A stretch of 64,000 bases of DNA from Eledone cirrhosa (taxonomy: Eukaryota). The notes below the pieces were generated by a model. The model did not search any database. It was not told the origin of the DNA and saw only the letters and a list, made by a program, of their open reading frames with translations. Both the position numbers and the translations under genes were made by a program. Positions 63,306 to 64,000 of the stretch are shown here, one piece after another. The stretch is taken from contig OZ024745.1 of NCBI GenBank assembly GCA_964016885.1, positions 131,812,001-131,876,000 on the forward strand. Reading direction: 5' to 3'. Position 1 is the stretch's first letter. Each line of letters opens with the position of its first letter.

Positions 63306-63633
63306 CAAATATGAGAATATATGCATACATATATAATGTAACTTGATAGGGGACGTTCAACAAAATTGATGTGGTATAGTTTGGACTCATGACCTTTATG
63401 TTGCTATAGTCACCATCTCAGTAACATAATGTCAAACTGATGATGATTTCTGTATAAAGAAGCGAAAGAAAAAGATTAAGAATATAAAAGAAGAGGAGAT
63501 AAAGTAAACATAGGTGGAAAGGATAAACAAAACATCTATTGTGATAGACTTAATCCATTGCTTGGTTTAAAACCACCACCTGGTCATTGAGTGTCATTAA
63601 CAAAGTTCACTTTGTTGCAATTACTTGGGCCAA

Positions 63634-63988
63634 ATCTCTAGTTTGACAATAACTTTCTCTCTTCCACCAACCAATGTCAAGTCAGATCTCTAGTTTGACA
63701 ATAACTTTCTCTCTTCCACCAACCAATGTCAAGTCAGATATCTAGTTTGACAATAACTTTCTCTCTTCCACCAACCAATGTCAAGCCAGATATCTAGTTT
63801 GACAATAACTTTCTCTCTTCCACCAACCAATGTCAAGCCAGATCTCTAGTTTGACAATAACTTTCTCTCTTCCACCAACCAATGTCAAGTCAGATCTCTA
63901 GTTTGACAATAACTTTCTCTCTTCCACCAACCAATGTCAAGCCAGATCTCTAGTTTGACAATAACTTTCTCTCTTCCTCCAACCAATC
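63634..63988. repeat. 52-bp tandem array (~6.8 copies)
   Basis: unit ATCTCTAGTTTGACAATAACTTTCTCTCTTCCACCAACCAATGTCAAG(T/C)CAG. Confidence 0.95.
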
Positions 63989-64000
63989 TCAGAGACTCTA

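Overview
AT-rich, repeat-saturated eukaryotic non-coding DNA. The SINE/LINE repertoire ((ATG)n-tailed RTE-type SINEs, Meta-domain-type tRNA SINEs) and microsatellite load look like an octopod cephalopod genome; that assignment is my inference. I cannot identify any intact host protein-coding gene, tRNA, rRNA or CRISPR array. Almost all ORFs in the track are read-through of microsatellites/minisatellites or LINE remnants (RTE, RTE-BovB-like, Vingi-like, CR1). The window also holds SINEs, non-autonomous Helitrons (some nested), hAT, Tigger-like and piggyBac-type MITEs, and about ten minisatellite arrays (19-115 bp units), several born inside transposons. U-rich tracts and splice-like signals suggest it lies in introns of a minus-strand gene with short, unconfirmed exons. 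The most interesting signal is a dense set of minimal type I hammerhead ribozyme motifs: five near-complete and several decayed, from about four families, in short Penelope-like elements next to (TA)n tracts. In one of them a perfect 61-bp inverted duplication starts almost exactly at the predicted self-cleavage site. Also notable are a clean twin-priming (5'-inverted) insertion of a non-L1 LINE and several fold-back or inverted-triplication structures. All folds and alignments were done by eye.
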